Shown here: positions 7,750 through 15,527 of the stretch, piece by piece
How positions within the stretch are numbered: position 1 is the first letter of the stretch
Layout: the number at the start of each line of letters is the position of its first letter
Source of the DNA: a virus
Lineage: Duplodnaviria; Caudoviricetes
Virus record (IMG/VR): IMGVR_UViG_3300028586_000350
Coordinates: 1-27,073 of that record
DNA length: 27,073 nt
Reading direction: 5' to 3' (one strand)
Program-made: the position numbers and the translations under genes
Notes under the pieces: model-generated
The model's database searches: none
The model's input: only the letters and a program-made list of their open reading frames with translations
What the model was told of the DNA's origin: nothing

Positions 7750-8018
7750 CGCCTGCATTGATCGAAATCGTTCCCACAAGTGGGAGCAGGATGGGGCGGG
7801 AAGCGCGTCGGCTGGTGCTGTTCGAGCGGGCGAAAGAGGCGGTCGGCGGATCGCGCAAGCTCGGCCTGATCATCGATCAGGGGCGCCGATCCGTCAATCA
7901 CAAGCTCGTCGCGGAGCGGAGCCTGACCAGCTGGGAGCTGAAGCTGACGGCCGACGCGCTCGAAGTGATGGCGCGCGAGCTCGACCTGCTCGTCGCCGAT
8001 ATCCGGAAGGTGATCTGA
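7746..8018 (+). CDS. Small putative HTH DNA-binding protein
   Basis: ATG at 7746 overlaps the previous stop. AKEAVGGSRKLGLIIDQGRRSVNHKL has a Cro/Xre-like HTH pattern. Confidence 0.55.
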   Translation: MTPALIEIVPTSGSRMGREARRLVLFERAKEAVGGSRKLGLIIDQGRRSVNHKLVAERSLTSWELKLTADALEVMARELDLLVADIRKVI

Positions 8019-8392
8019 TGAACAACGCGCAGCGAAAGCTGGTCCTGACCCTGTCGCGTGACTGGAAAACGATCCTGCCGCAATTGTCGGCGCCGGCATG
8101 GTTGCGGGCGATCGCCGGGTTGCTCGTCGCGATCGTCGGGCGGGGCTGGGCGTACCGCATCACCTTCATGGCCGACGACCGCGTGCTGCGCATCGCGGCG
8201 CATCACGTCCTGGCGGATCTCCGGACGTTCTGCTGCGCGACCGCGGACGGACGCCGCCCGATCTTTTCATCCGATCCCCTCGTCATGGCGCGCCGGCTTG
8301 GCCGCCGCGAGGCGTTCGATCGGATCATCAAGTACCTCAATCTGGACGAGGCACAGGTCCAGAAAATCATGGAGATAGACGATGGTATCTGA
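8018..8392 (+). CDS. Bbp19-like conserved phage head-region protein
   Basis: VLADLRTFC...FSSDPLVMARRLGRREAFDRIIKYLNL, located between portal and scaffold. Confidence 0.75.
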   Translation: MNNAQRKLVLTLSRDWKTILPQLSAPAWLRAIAGLLVAIVGRGWAYRITFMADDRVLRIAAHHVLADLRTFCCATADGRRPIFSSDPLVMARRLGRREAFDRIIKYLNLDEAQVQKIMEIDDGI

Positions 8393-9341
8393 GAATGGTG
8401 GCGAGGGCGGCGGGGATTTCGGCGGTGCGGCCGATCTGCTGCCAGCCGGTTCGAGTGACGGCGGTGCCGCTGGCGGCGCAGCCGGTGGTGATGGCGGTTC
8501 GGACGCCGGCGGTGCGGGCGGCGGTGCCGCTGTTGGCCAAGGCGGCGGCGGAGAAGGCGGCGGCGGTGCGGCGCCCGACTGGTTCGAGAAGGTTTCCGCG
8601 ACGGCTGGCGAGGGGGAAACATCCTCGAACCGCGACTGGCTTGCGGCGAAAGGCGTGAAGGATCTCGACACGCTCGTCAAAAGCTACCGCGAGGCGGAAA
8701 AGTCGATCCGTGACGGCGGGCGGATCAAGGTCCCCGGGGAAGGCGCAAAGCCCGAGGAATTGTCCGCGTTCCACAAGGCGATCGGCGTGCCCGAAGCGGT
8801 CGAAGGCTATGAGATCAAGGGCCCCGAGGGCGTGCCGCTCAACGAAGCGTTGCTCGGATCCCTGCGCGAGAGCGCGCTGAAATACGGCACGCCGAAGGCC
8901 GCATTCGAGGGGCTGGTCGGCGACTTCATCAAGGCGCAGCTCGACGAGGCGGCGACCGAGGCGAAGCGGCAGGACGATCTGGCGTCCGGCTGGTTGAAGG
9001 AGCAGGGCGGCAAGGCGGACGAGCAGCTGGCGCACATCAACGCCGCGGCGCGGTCGCTCGGCTTTACCAAGGCGGACATGAGCGGATTGCGGGCGGGGCT
9101 CGGTGCCGATCGTGCGCTCGGCCTGCTGGCAAAACTCGGCAGCGGCATGGCCGAGGACGTCCTGATCACCGGGGGCAGCAACCGGTTCGGCGTGTCGGGC
9201 GCCGAGGCGCAGGTCGAGCTCGATCGGCTCAAGGGTGATGCCGATTTCCAGAAGAAGAATATCCCCGGTTCGGCCGAGCGGACGCGCTGGGATCGTCTCA
9301 ACAAGCAAGCCGCCGAATTCCAGGCAGCGAGGCCCGAATGA
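8382..9341 (+). CDS. Capsid scaffolding/assembly protein
   Basis: Gly/Ala-rich N-terminus, then LVKSYREAEK, FHKAIGVPE..EGY and LLAKLGSGMAED. It precedes the major capsid gene. Confidence 0.8.
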   Translation: MVSENGGEGGGDFGGAADLLPAGSSDGGAAGGAAGGDGGSDAGGAGGGAAVGQGGGGEGGGGAAPDWFEKVSATAGEGETSSNRDWLAAKGVKDLDTLVKSYREAEKSIRDGGRIKVPGEGAKPEELSAFHKAIGVPEAVEGYEIKGPEGVPLNEALLGSLRESALKYGTPKAAFEGLVGDFIKAQLDEAATEAKRQDDLASGWLKEQGGKADEQLAHINAAARSLGFTKADMSGLRAGLGADRALGLLAKLGSGMAEDVLITGGSNRFGVSGAEAQVELDRLKGDADFQKKNIPGSAERTRWDRLNKQAAEFQAARPE

Positions 9342-9451
9342 CGTAATTGTGCCTTTTATGTAACAATCTGTGTTTATGAACTGTATCTTAGTACTTGAGC
9401 ATTGATCTGTTTGTGATGAGAGACGACATCGCCGCGACGCCCTCGAAATGA

Positions 9452-9482
9452 GGAAGCCCCAGCGGACTAGGCCGGGGCTTCC
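9452..9482. terminator. GC-rich hairpin, possible terminator or processing site
   Basis: GGAAGCCCC (9452-9460) pairs with GGGGCTTCC (9474-9482). Only a weak U-tract follows, on the minus strand. Confidence 0.4.
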
Positions 9483-9586
9483 GATCGGGGCACCAGGCGG
9501 CTCTTGTACGGAACGCATGGTAGAAGCCCGACGTCCGCTTCCAAAGCGGCGTTGGGTTTCCGCGTCAAGTCCGTTCGTGACTAAAA

Positions 9587-9922
9587 TTGGAAACTATCGT
9601 GACTACTATCAACGGAAAGAATGTTCTCGCAGCCGGTACAATTCTCTTTAATACCGGCGATGTCGTTCGTGTCGCCTCGAATCCATCGATCATTTTTCAG
9701 GCGAATGAAGCCGCGCCATACGGCCTCGTCGGCTCAGTCGACAGTGCCGGCAATTTTGTGCTTTCAATTAATGGCATGGCAACAAACAGCGATGTCGCCA
9801 CGCATGGGACCGGGCTTATGAACGGTGCGCCGATGCGGTTTAGCGCGTATGCCTTCCGGGCCGCATCGGCGAGCCCGACCAATCATCTTTACAAGGTCGA
9901 TTATAGCTTCGTTGCAGCCTAA
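9587..9922 (+). CDS. Moron-like hypothetical beta-rich protein (111 aa)
   Basis: TTG start, lower GC than its flanks, inserted between scaffold and capsid genes. Confidence 0.65.
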   Translation: METIVTTINGKNVLAAGTILFNTGDVVRVASNPSIIFQANEAAPYGLVGSVDSAGNFVLSINGMATNSDVATHGTGLMNGAPMRFSAYAFRAASASPTNHLYKVDYSFVAA

Positions 9923-9924
9923 CG

Positions 9925-9955
9925 CTTGACGAGCGAATCGCTCTCTGATTCATAG
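9925..9955 (+). promoter_or_regulatory. Putative late promoter for the capsid operon
   Basis: CTTGACGAGCGAATCGCTCTCTGATTCATAG has a TTGACG -35, two GANTC sites and a matching copy at 22753-22783. Confidence 0.65.
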
Positions 9956-10097
9956 GGCACTATGCCGCGTGGGAAGTCGCACGTGATCCACACGGTATAG
10001 TGCCCGCCAAGCCTCGATCGCCCGGGTCCCCCTGCTGGAGTGCAGCGCCGATCGCGGGCGTTAAACGATAGAGCGGCCGGACCCACGTCCCCAAGCC
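9955..10097 (+). ncRNA. Structured 5' leader of the capsid mRNA (candidate cis-regulatory RNA)
   Basis: 13-bp stem GGGCACTATGCCG/CGGTATAGTGCCC, then a multi-stem domain flanked by CCAAGCC direct repeats. Confidence 0.45.
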
Positions 10098-10131
10098 AAT
10101 CGAAATCGGTATCAACCTTTTTCGTGAGGCC

Positions 10132-11064
10132 ATGATGGCAGACGTCAACACAACCGCAAATTATGAATTCAAGAACAACCTGGAGCTTAAGCTTCAGCAA
10201 AACGAGTCGGTCCTATGGGATGCGACGGAAGAGCAGGATTGCACCGGGACCGAGAAGGAAACGGTCAAGGATCTGCTCGACGCCGGCCTGCCGCAGGAAG
10301 CCGACGAACGCTATGGCGATCTGAAGCGTACCGCGGTCGACCACGACCGCGTGTGGATCGTCAAGCCGAACGAACTCTACTTCAACGAGTATATCGAGGG
10401 CGCCGACCAGCTCGGCACCAAGATCGGGCTCGAGGGCGGGTTCACGATGGCGGCGATGGGGATGATGCACCGCAGCTGGGACAGCCGGATCCTCGAGGGG
10501 ATGTATGGCTCGATGCTGATGGGCAAGGACGGCACGATCACGTCGCCATTCCCCGCCGGCAACGTTGTCCCCGTCACGACCGGCGGTGCGTCGGGTGCGC
10601 AGCGGATGAACGTGGCGAAGGTTCGGCAGGCCAAGGTGCAGCTGGGCCAGGCGTTCAATGATCCCAGCGACAAGCGGTATCTCGCGCTGAGCGAGGTGCA
10701 GGCCGACGATCTGCTCAACGAGGTGCAGGCGACGTCGGGCGACTATGCCAAGGCGTTCGGGATCCGGCTGGATGCCGAGGGGAACCTGATCGGGATCCTT
10801 GGTTTCAACATCGTCCGGATCGAGCTGCGCAACCCGAAGCTGCTCGCGTTCCAGCGTGGCCTGACGGTCACGGGCACCGGCTACACCCGCAACCCGTTCT
10901 GGGTGCGATCGGGCGTGCGCAAGGGTGTTTGGCGCAAGCTGCGCACCGCGATCAAGGACCAGCCGTCCAAGGTCGACGTCCGCAGCGTCTTCGCCGGTAC
11001 GACCGTCGCGGCGACGCGTACCCAGGCCGGCAAGGTCGGCATCATCGAAAACAGCGAGGCTTAA
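10132..11064 (+). CDS. Major capsid protein
   Basis: 310 aa, position after the scaffold, GAGG RBS. NNLELKLQQNESVL, MHRSWDSRILEG and GILGFNIV resemble BPP-1/epsilon15-type capsid proteins. Confidence 0.85.
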   Translation: MMADVNTTANYEFKNNLELKLQQNESVLWDATEEQDCTGTEKETVKDLLDAGLPQEADERYGDLKRTAVDHDRVWIVKPNELYFNEYIEGADQLGTKIGLEGGFTMAAMGMMHRSWDSRILEGMYGSMLMGKDGTITSPFPAGNVVPVTTGGASGAQRMNVAKVRQAKVQLGQAFNDPSDKRYLALSEVQADDLLNEVQATSGDYAKAFGIRLDAEGNLIGILGFNIVRIELRNPKLLAFQRGLTVTGTGYTRNPFWVRSGVRKGVWRKLRTAIKDQPSKVDVRSVFAGTTVAATRTQAGKVGIIENSEA

Positions 11065-11065
11065 A

Positions 11066-11509
11066 ATGGCTGACTTTTACGCGCTCGAATTCGTGGGCGG
11101 TCCCGACGGGACCGTCATGCCGCCCCGGAAGCTCGACGGCCGGGTCGTCAGTGCCAAGAAGCGTCGCACCCGTGCCGTCAAGCCGACGACGAACATCCTG
11201 GCGGTCGGCGACCGGCTGTATGTCGGCAAGCTGCCGCAGGACGGCGTGCTCAACAAGCTGGAAGGCATCACCGGCACTTCGCTCGGCACGACGACGCTGT
11301 CGTTCGGTACGACCGCGACGCCGGCAAAGTACGCCAGTGCGGTGACGTTGACCGCGCTTAACACGCCGGTCGCGCTGGGGCCGCTCGCAGCGGCGGCCGT
11401 CCTCGCGCCGACGACGGTCGACGAGGATATCTGGATCACGATCGGCGTCGCGGCGATCCCGGCCGCGGTCGTTGCCGCCTTCTATCTGGAATACACGATC
11501 GCGACCTGA
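11066..11509 (+). CDS. Capsid cement/decoration protein (putative)
   Basis: ATG at 11066 directly after the capsid stop. Beta-rich 147 aa with GDRLYVGKLP..., at the position of the BPP-1 cement gene. Confidence 0.7.
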   Translation: MADFYALEFVGGPDGTVMPPRKLDGRVVSAKKRRTRAVKPTTNILAVGDRLYVGKLPQDGVLNKLEGITGTSLGTTTLSFGTTATPAKYASAVTLTALNTPVALGPLAAAAVLAPTTVDEDIWITIGVAAIPAAVVAAFYLEYTIAT

Positions 11510-11562
11510 GGGTCGCCACACAACTCGGACCGGGACCTGCGGGGGCGCAGGGACCGACTGAG

Positions 11563-11599
11563 GCCGGGCGGCGCCGTCATCGCCGCCCGGCACCCCTTT
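11563..11599 (+). terminator. Putative terminator/attenuator after capsid and cement genes
   Basis: Perfect 11-bp stem GCCGGGCGGCG/CGCCGCCCGGC followed by ACCCCTTT. Confidence 0.55.
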
Positions 11600-11627
11600 C
11601 GGAGCCCCAGTCTTTTGGAGTTTAGCG

Positions 11628-11825
11628 ATGGCGCAGGTCAAACTCACGGTGGTTCGCGGCAAGCCCCAGATCAAGGATATCACGCAGAGCGCCGGCACGG
11701 CGATCTCCGGATCCGATGCGATGGAACTCAACATCGATTATACCAAAATGACCAAGGGCGACGCCCTGGTCATGATCGACAATCTCCGTGCGGAGATCTT
11801 CGCGTCCCCCTGGCCGATGCTCTGA
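11628..11825 (+). CDS. Small hypothetical virion-region protein (65 aa)
   Basis: GGAG RBS, phage-like codon usage, in-operon position. Confidence 0.75.
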   Translation: MAQVKLTVVRGKPQIKDITQSAGTAISGSDAMELNIDYTKMTKGDALVMIDNLRAEIFASPWPML

Positions 11826-11833
11826 GCAGGTAG

Positions 11834-12442
11834 GTGGCGGACTTCGTCACCATCGCCAATCTTGCGGCCTCGTCCTTGGGCGAGGACGACCAGCTGCGTT
11901 CGCCCGACGACGACACGCATCTGTCGCGATCCGTCAAAGCCGTCTGGAGCGTCGAGCGGCGTGCCGCGCTGCGCGACCATAGCTGGAATTTCGCGATGCG
12001 GCGCAGGGCGCTGCCCGCGTCCGCGTCACAGGATGCGACGCCGTTCGGTTTCGCCTATCGCATGCCCTCCGAAAGCATCCGCCTGATTGAGGTGCTCGGC
12101 TATCGCCGCGGCGACTACCAGCTCGAGGGGCCGTTCATCTTGTCGGATGCGGCCGCGCCGCTGTCGATCCGGTACATCGCCGACGTGGAAGAGCCCGCCG
12201 AATGGGATGACATGTTCGCCAAGGCGTTCGCGATGCGTGTCGCATGGCAGATCGCCGACCGGATCACCGGCGACACCAACCGCGTCCAGATGGCCGAGCG
12301 CAAATATCGCGCGGCACTGTCCGAAGCCAAACGCGTCGACGCGCGCGAAAACCCGCAGGTCGCGTCGGTGCCGACCGGCTGGGAGCTGGCGCGGACGGGC
12401 GGCGGGGAGATCGTCGACCGCAACGGGCTCGTCTGGCCATGA
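11834..12442 (+). CDS. Head-tail adaptor / tail tubular protein A (T7 gp11-like)
   Basis: VTIANLAASSLGE, ALRDHSWNFAMRR, FAYRMPSESIRL and WDDMFAKAFAMRVA motifs. Confidence 0.85.
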   Translation: MADFVTIANLAASSLGEDDQLRSPDDDTHLSRSVKAVWSVERRAALRDHSWNFAMRRRALPASASQDATPFGFAYRMPSESIRLIEVLGYRRGDYQLEGPFILSDAAAPLSIRYIADVEEPAEWDDMFAKAFAMRVAWQIADRITGDTNRVQMAERKYRAALSEAKRVDARENPQVASVPTGWELARTGGGEIVDRNGLVWP

Positions 12443-14655
12443 CGCTGCAGCGCCCGATCGCGACGAGCTTCAATGGCGGCGAGATCTCGCCCCGCATGGG
12501 CGGGCGCGTCGACACCGCCGTGTACCAGGTCGCGGTCGACCAGGCGCAGAATTTCGTCCCGACCGTCGAAGGCGCGATCGTCAAGCGGCCGGGCTTCGAA
12601 TATATCCGCGGCGCCGCGGCGACCGCCAGCTGGCTGACGCAGTTCCGGTTCAACCTCACGCAGGATTATGTGATCGAGTGGAGCGACGGGAAACTGCGCT
12701 TCTACACCAACGAGGCGCGGATCGAGACGTCGCCGAACGTGCCCTATGAGGTCGCGGTGCCCTATACCGCCGCGGAAGCGCCGTTCGTCTCGTTCCAGCA
12801 GAGTTTCGATCGCCTGTATCTCGATCATCCGGCGCATCCGCCGGCGCGGCTGACGCGGACGTCTGCAACGACGTTCGTCTATGAGGTCCTGCCCTTCGCC
12901 GATGGTCCGTTCGCCGACCGCAACACCAACCAGGCCGCGCTGGTCACGGCGAGCGGGACGACGGGCGTCGTCACCCTGACGTCGACGACGCCGATCTTCC
13001 TGGGGGGGCATGTCGGCGCACCGTTCCGCCTCGAGGCGCTCGACTTCTCGACGATCACGGCCTGGGAAGCACAGATGAAGGCCGTCACGATCGGCGCGAT
13101 CCGTCGATCGGAGGGCCGGGCCTATACCGCGGCGACCGCGGGGACGACGGGCACGATCCAGCCGATCCACAGCACCGGCAGCGAGTGGGACGGTTCGAAT
13201 ACGAACGACGTGAACGACAAGGGGCCGTTCGGGATCCGATGGACGTATCGGCACGACCAGTTCGGGCAGTTGCGCATCGATGCGGTGACGTCGCCGACGA
13301 CCGCGACCGCGACCGTCATTCGGACGTTGCCCGACAGCGTGACCAGCGTCGGGTCCTGGCGCTGGACGCATGGCGCGTTTTCGACCGCGGCCGGCTGGCC
13401 ATCGGTGGTCATCGCCTGGGCGGGACGGCTGTGCCATTTTAAAAACTTCGAGCTGCTCGCGTCTGTCGCCGGGGATTATCTCAACCATGCCGCCTATACC
13501 GCCAGCGGCATCACGCCGGCGGATCTGGCGTTTCGCCGCACCCTGTCGACCGAGGATCCGGTGCTTTGGGCGATGGGCGACCGCAAGCTGATCGTCGGCA
13601 CGGCCAGCCGCGAAATCGCGATCGGCGCGATCAATTCGGCGTCGGCGGTCGCAGGCGACAATATCGAGGCGGTGCCGCAGAGCTTCTATGGCAGCGAACG
13701 CGTGTTCCCCGCCCAGATCGGGACGACCGGCGTCTTCGTCCAGCGCGGCGGCCGCAAGTTGCGCCAGGCCGAATATGACTTCGCGCGCGATCGCTATGCG
13801 GCCGCGAACATGACGGTGTGGTGCCGGCACATTACCCGGGGCGGCATCACACAGATGACGTTCCAGAAGGAGCCCGAAGAGCTGCTCGTCGCGGTGCGCG
13901 GCGACGGCCAGCTGATCGTCCACCCGCACGCGCCGGAACAGGACATCAAGGGGTTCGCGCGGATCCTGCACGGCAATGGTCGCGTGCTGTCCGCGGTGTG
14001 CTGCGCGAATTCGAGCGGCGACCAGGACGCGCTCTGGGTCCTCGTCGAGCGGGCTGACGGCGTGCGCAGCGTCGAGTGCATGGCGACCTGGCACGACGAC
14101 GAGGATCCGATCGAGGACGCGTTCTATGTCGACAGCGGGACGACGGTGATGGCCGCGGCGGGGCAGACGCATTTCACCGGAGCGACGCATCTGGCGGATC
14201 GGGCGGTTTCGATCCTTGCCGCGGGTGGCGTCGTGACGGGCGTGACGGTGGCGGCGGACGGCAGCTTTACGGTACCGGCTTCGGTCGTACCGGCGGACCG
14301 CGCCTATCGCCTGACGGTCGGCTTGCCGTACACCGCCCGCGTCGTGACGCTGCGACCGGAGCTGCGCGGCAGTGGCGAGACGTCGCAGGGCAGGCGGCAG
14401 CGCCTGGTCAAGATGGTCCTGCGACTGATCGCGACGACCGGCATCAAGATCGGCGCGAAGGGCGGGATCCTCGACAATCTCGTCGACCGCGCCAGCGACG
14501 AATTCATGGACTCACCCGTGCCGCTGTTCACCGGCGACAGCGAAAGGTCCGTAAGCGGTGGATGGGACCGCAACGGGCAGGCGGTGTTCGAAAGCGACGC
14601 CCCGCTGCCGGCGACGATCGTCGCCGCCATGCCGACGCTGGCGGTCACGTCATGA
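12439..14655 (+). CDS. Tail nozzle / tail tubular protein B (T7 gp12-like)
   Basis: ATG at 12439. SFNGGEISPRMGGRVD, EGAIVKRPG, GWPSVV...GRL and VGLPYTARV motifs, 738 aa. Confidence 0.88.
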   Translation: MTLQRPIATSFNGGEISPRMGGRVDTAVYQVAVDQAQNFVPTVEGAIVKRPGFEYIRGAAATASWLTQFRFNLTQDYVIEWSDGKLRFYTNEARIETSPNVPYEVAVPYTAAEAPFVSFQQSFDRLYLDHPAHPPARLTRTSATTFVYEVLPFADGPFADRNTNQAALVTASGTTGVVTLTSTTPIFLGGHVGAPFRLEALDFSTITAWEAQMKAVTIGAIRRSEGRAYTAATAGTTGTIQPIHSTGSEWDGSNTNDVNDKGPFGIRWTYRHDQFGQLRIDAVTSPTTATATVIRTLPDSVTSVGSWRWTHGAFSTAAGWPSVVIAWAGRLCHFKNFELLASVAGDYLNHAAYTASGITPADLAFRRTLSTEDPVLWAMGDRKLIVGTASREIAIGAINSASAVAGDNIEAVPQSFYGSERVFPAQIGTTGVFVQRGGRKLRQAEYDFARDRYAAANMTVWCRHITRGGITQMTFQKEPEELLVAVRGDGQLIVHPHAPEQDIKGFARILHGNGRVLSAVCCANSSGDQDALWVLVERADGVRSVECMATWHDDEDPIEDAFYVDSGTTVMAAAGQTHFTGATHLADRAVSILAAGGVVTGVTVAADGSFTVPASVVPADRAYRLTVGLPYTARVVTLRPELRGSGETSQGRRQRLVKMVLRLIATTGIKIGAKGGILDNLVDRASDEFMDSPVPLFTGDSERSVSGGWDRNGQAVFESDAPLPATIVAAMPTLAVTS

Positions 14656-15110
14656 CGGTGCAGATCGCCGCGATGCGGCCGGCCGACATGATCGAGATCC
14701 AGCGCCAGGCGTCGCAGCTCGTCCAGCTGGGGATCGAGCGCCACGTATCGATCGAGGAAGCCGAGCAGATCGCGGATGGCCCGGGCGAGGCATGGACCGC
14801 GCGTTATCATGGGCGGATTGTCGCGTGCCTGGGGCTGCGCGAAACCTTCCCCGATCGGCAGGCGGTCGCGTGGGCGGTGCTCGCTGAAGGCATTGGCGGC
14901 GCGCACCTAGCGATCACGCGGTTCGCGCGGGCGCGCATCGCCGCCAGCACGCTCGGCCGGATCGAGGCGATCGTGCGCGAGGCGGTGCCGGCGGAAGGTG
15001 CCTGGGCGAGCCTGGTCGGACTGGCGCCGGCGCACGTGCTGCGGTGTTTCGGGGCGATGAGCGAAACGCATATCCTGTGCGAACGCATCCGCGAGCGGGG
15101 GATGCGATAA
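14652..15110 (+). CDS. T7 gp13-like virion assembly protein (GNAT-like fold)
   Basis: ATGA overlap at 14652, GRIVACLG...AVAWAVL...WASLVGL, positioned between nozzle and ejection genes. Confidence 0.65.
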   Translation: MTVQIAAMRPADMIEIQRQASQLVQLGIERHVSIEEAEQIADGPGEAWTARYHGRIVACLGLRETFPDRQAVAWAVLAEGIGGAHLAITRFARARIAASTLGRIEAIVREAVPAEGAWASLVGLAPAHVLRCFGAMSETHILCERIRERGMR

Positions 15111-15527
15111 ATGGCGGAGCTGACACAGGCGGCCGGGAACGTGATTGGCGGCGTCGCCGGCTATGAGGCGGGAAAGTACAGTGCCAAGGCCGCGAACACC
15201 GAGGCGATCGAAACCGAGCGTGGTGGCGTGGCCGAGGAAAGCCGCGTCCGTGAAGATACCCGGATGCAGATGGGACGCCAGATCGCCGGGCAGGCGGGCG
15301 GCGGTTTTCAGATCGGTACGGGATCCGCGCTCGATGCGCTGACGCAGAGCCAGGTCAATTCCGCGTTCGACGCGCTGACGATCCGGCGCGAGGCGGCCAG
15401 CCGCGCCCGCGCCCAGCGGATGCAGGGCGCGATTGCCAAGGCCGAGGGCGCGAACGCGCTGACGCAGGGCATGGTCGGCGCGGCGTCCAAGGCGATCGAC
15501 TGGGCCAGCAAACAGAAGGGCGGATAA
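15111..15527 (+). CDS. Small internal virion / ejection protein (gp14-like)
   Basis: Ala/Gly-rich, GRQIAGQAGGG...TGSALD motif, expected position. Confidence 0.75.
   Translation: MAELTQAAGNVIGGVAGYEAGKYSAKAANTEAIETERGGVAEESRVREDTRMQMGRQIAGQAGGGFQIGTGSALDALTQSQVNSAFDALTIRREAASRARAQRMQGAIAKAEGANALTQGMVGAASKAIDWASKQKGG

Noticed and set aside
8395-8575. GGC-rich repetitive stretch
   Set aside because: It encodes the Gly/Ala low-complexity N-terminus of the scaffold and is not a CRISPR array or a DNA-level tandem repeat.
10019-10090. Known self-cleaving ribozyme (hammerhead or pistol) in the capsid leader
   Set aside because: The hammerhead CUGANGA/GAAA core is absent, and only a short GUUAAA resemblance to pistol exists. 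Kept as an unnamed structure.
12244-14651. Extended N-termini in the ORF track (12244, 14076; likewise 10925, 25726, 26424, 26510)
   Set aside because: They overlap upstream genes out of frame. Coupled starts at 12439, 14652, 11066, 25879, 26460 and 26753 fit the operon better.
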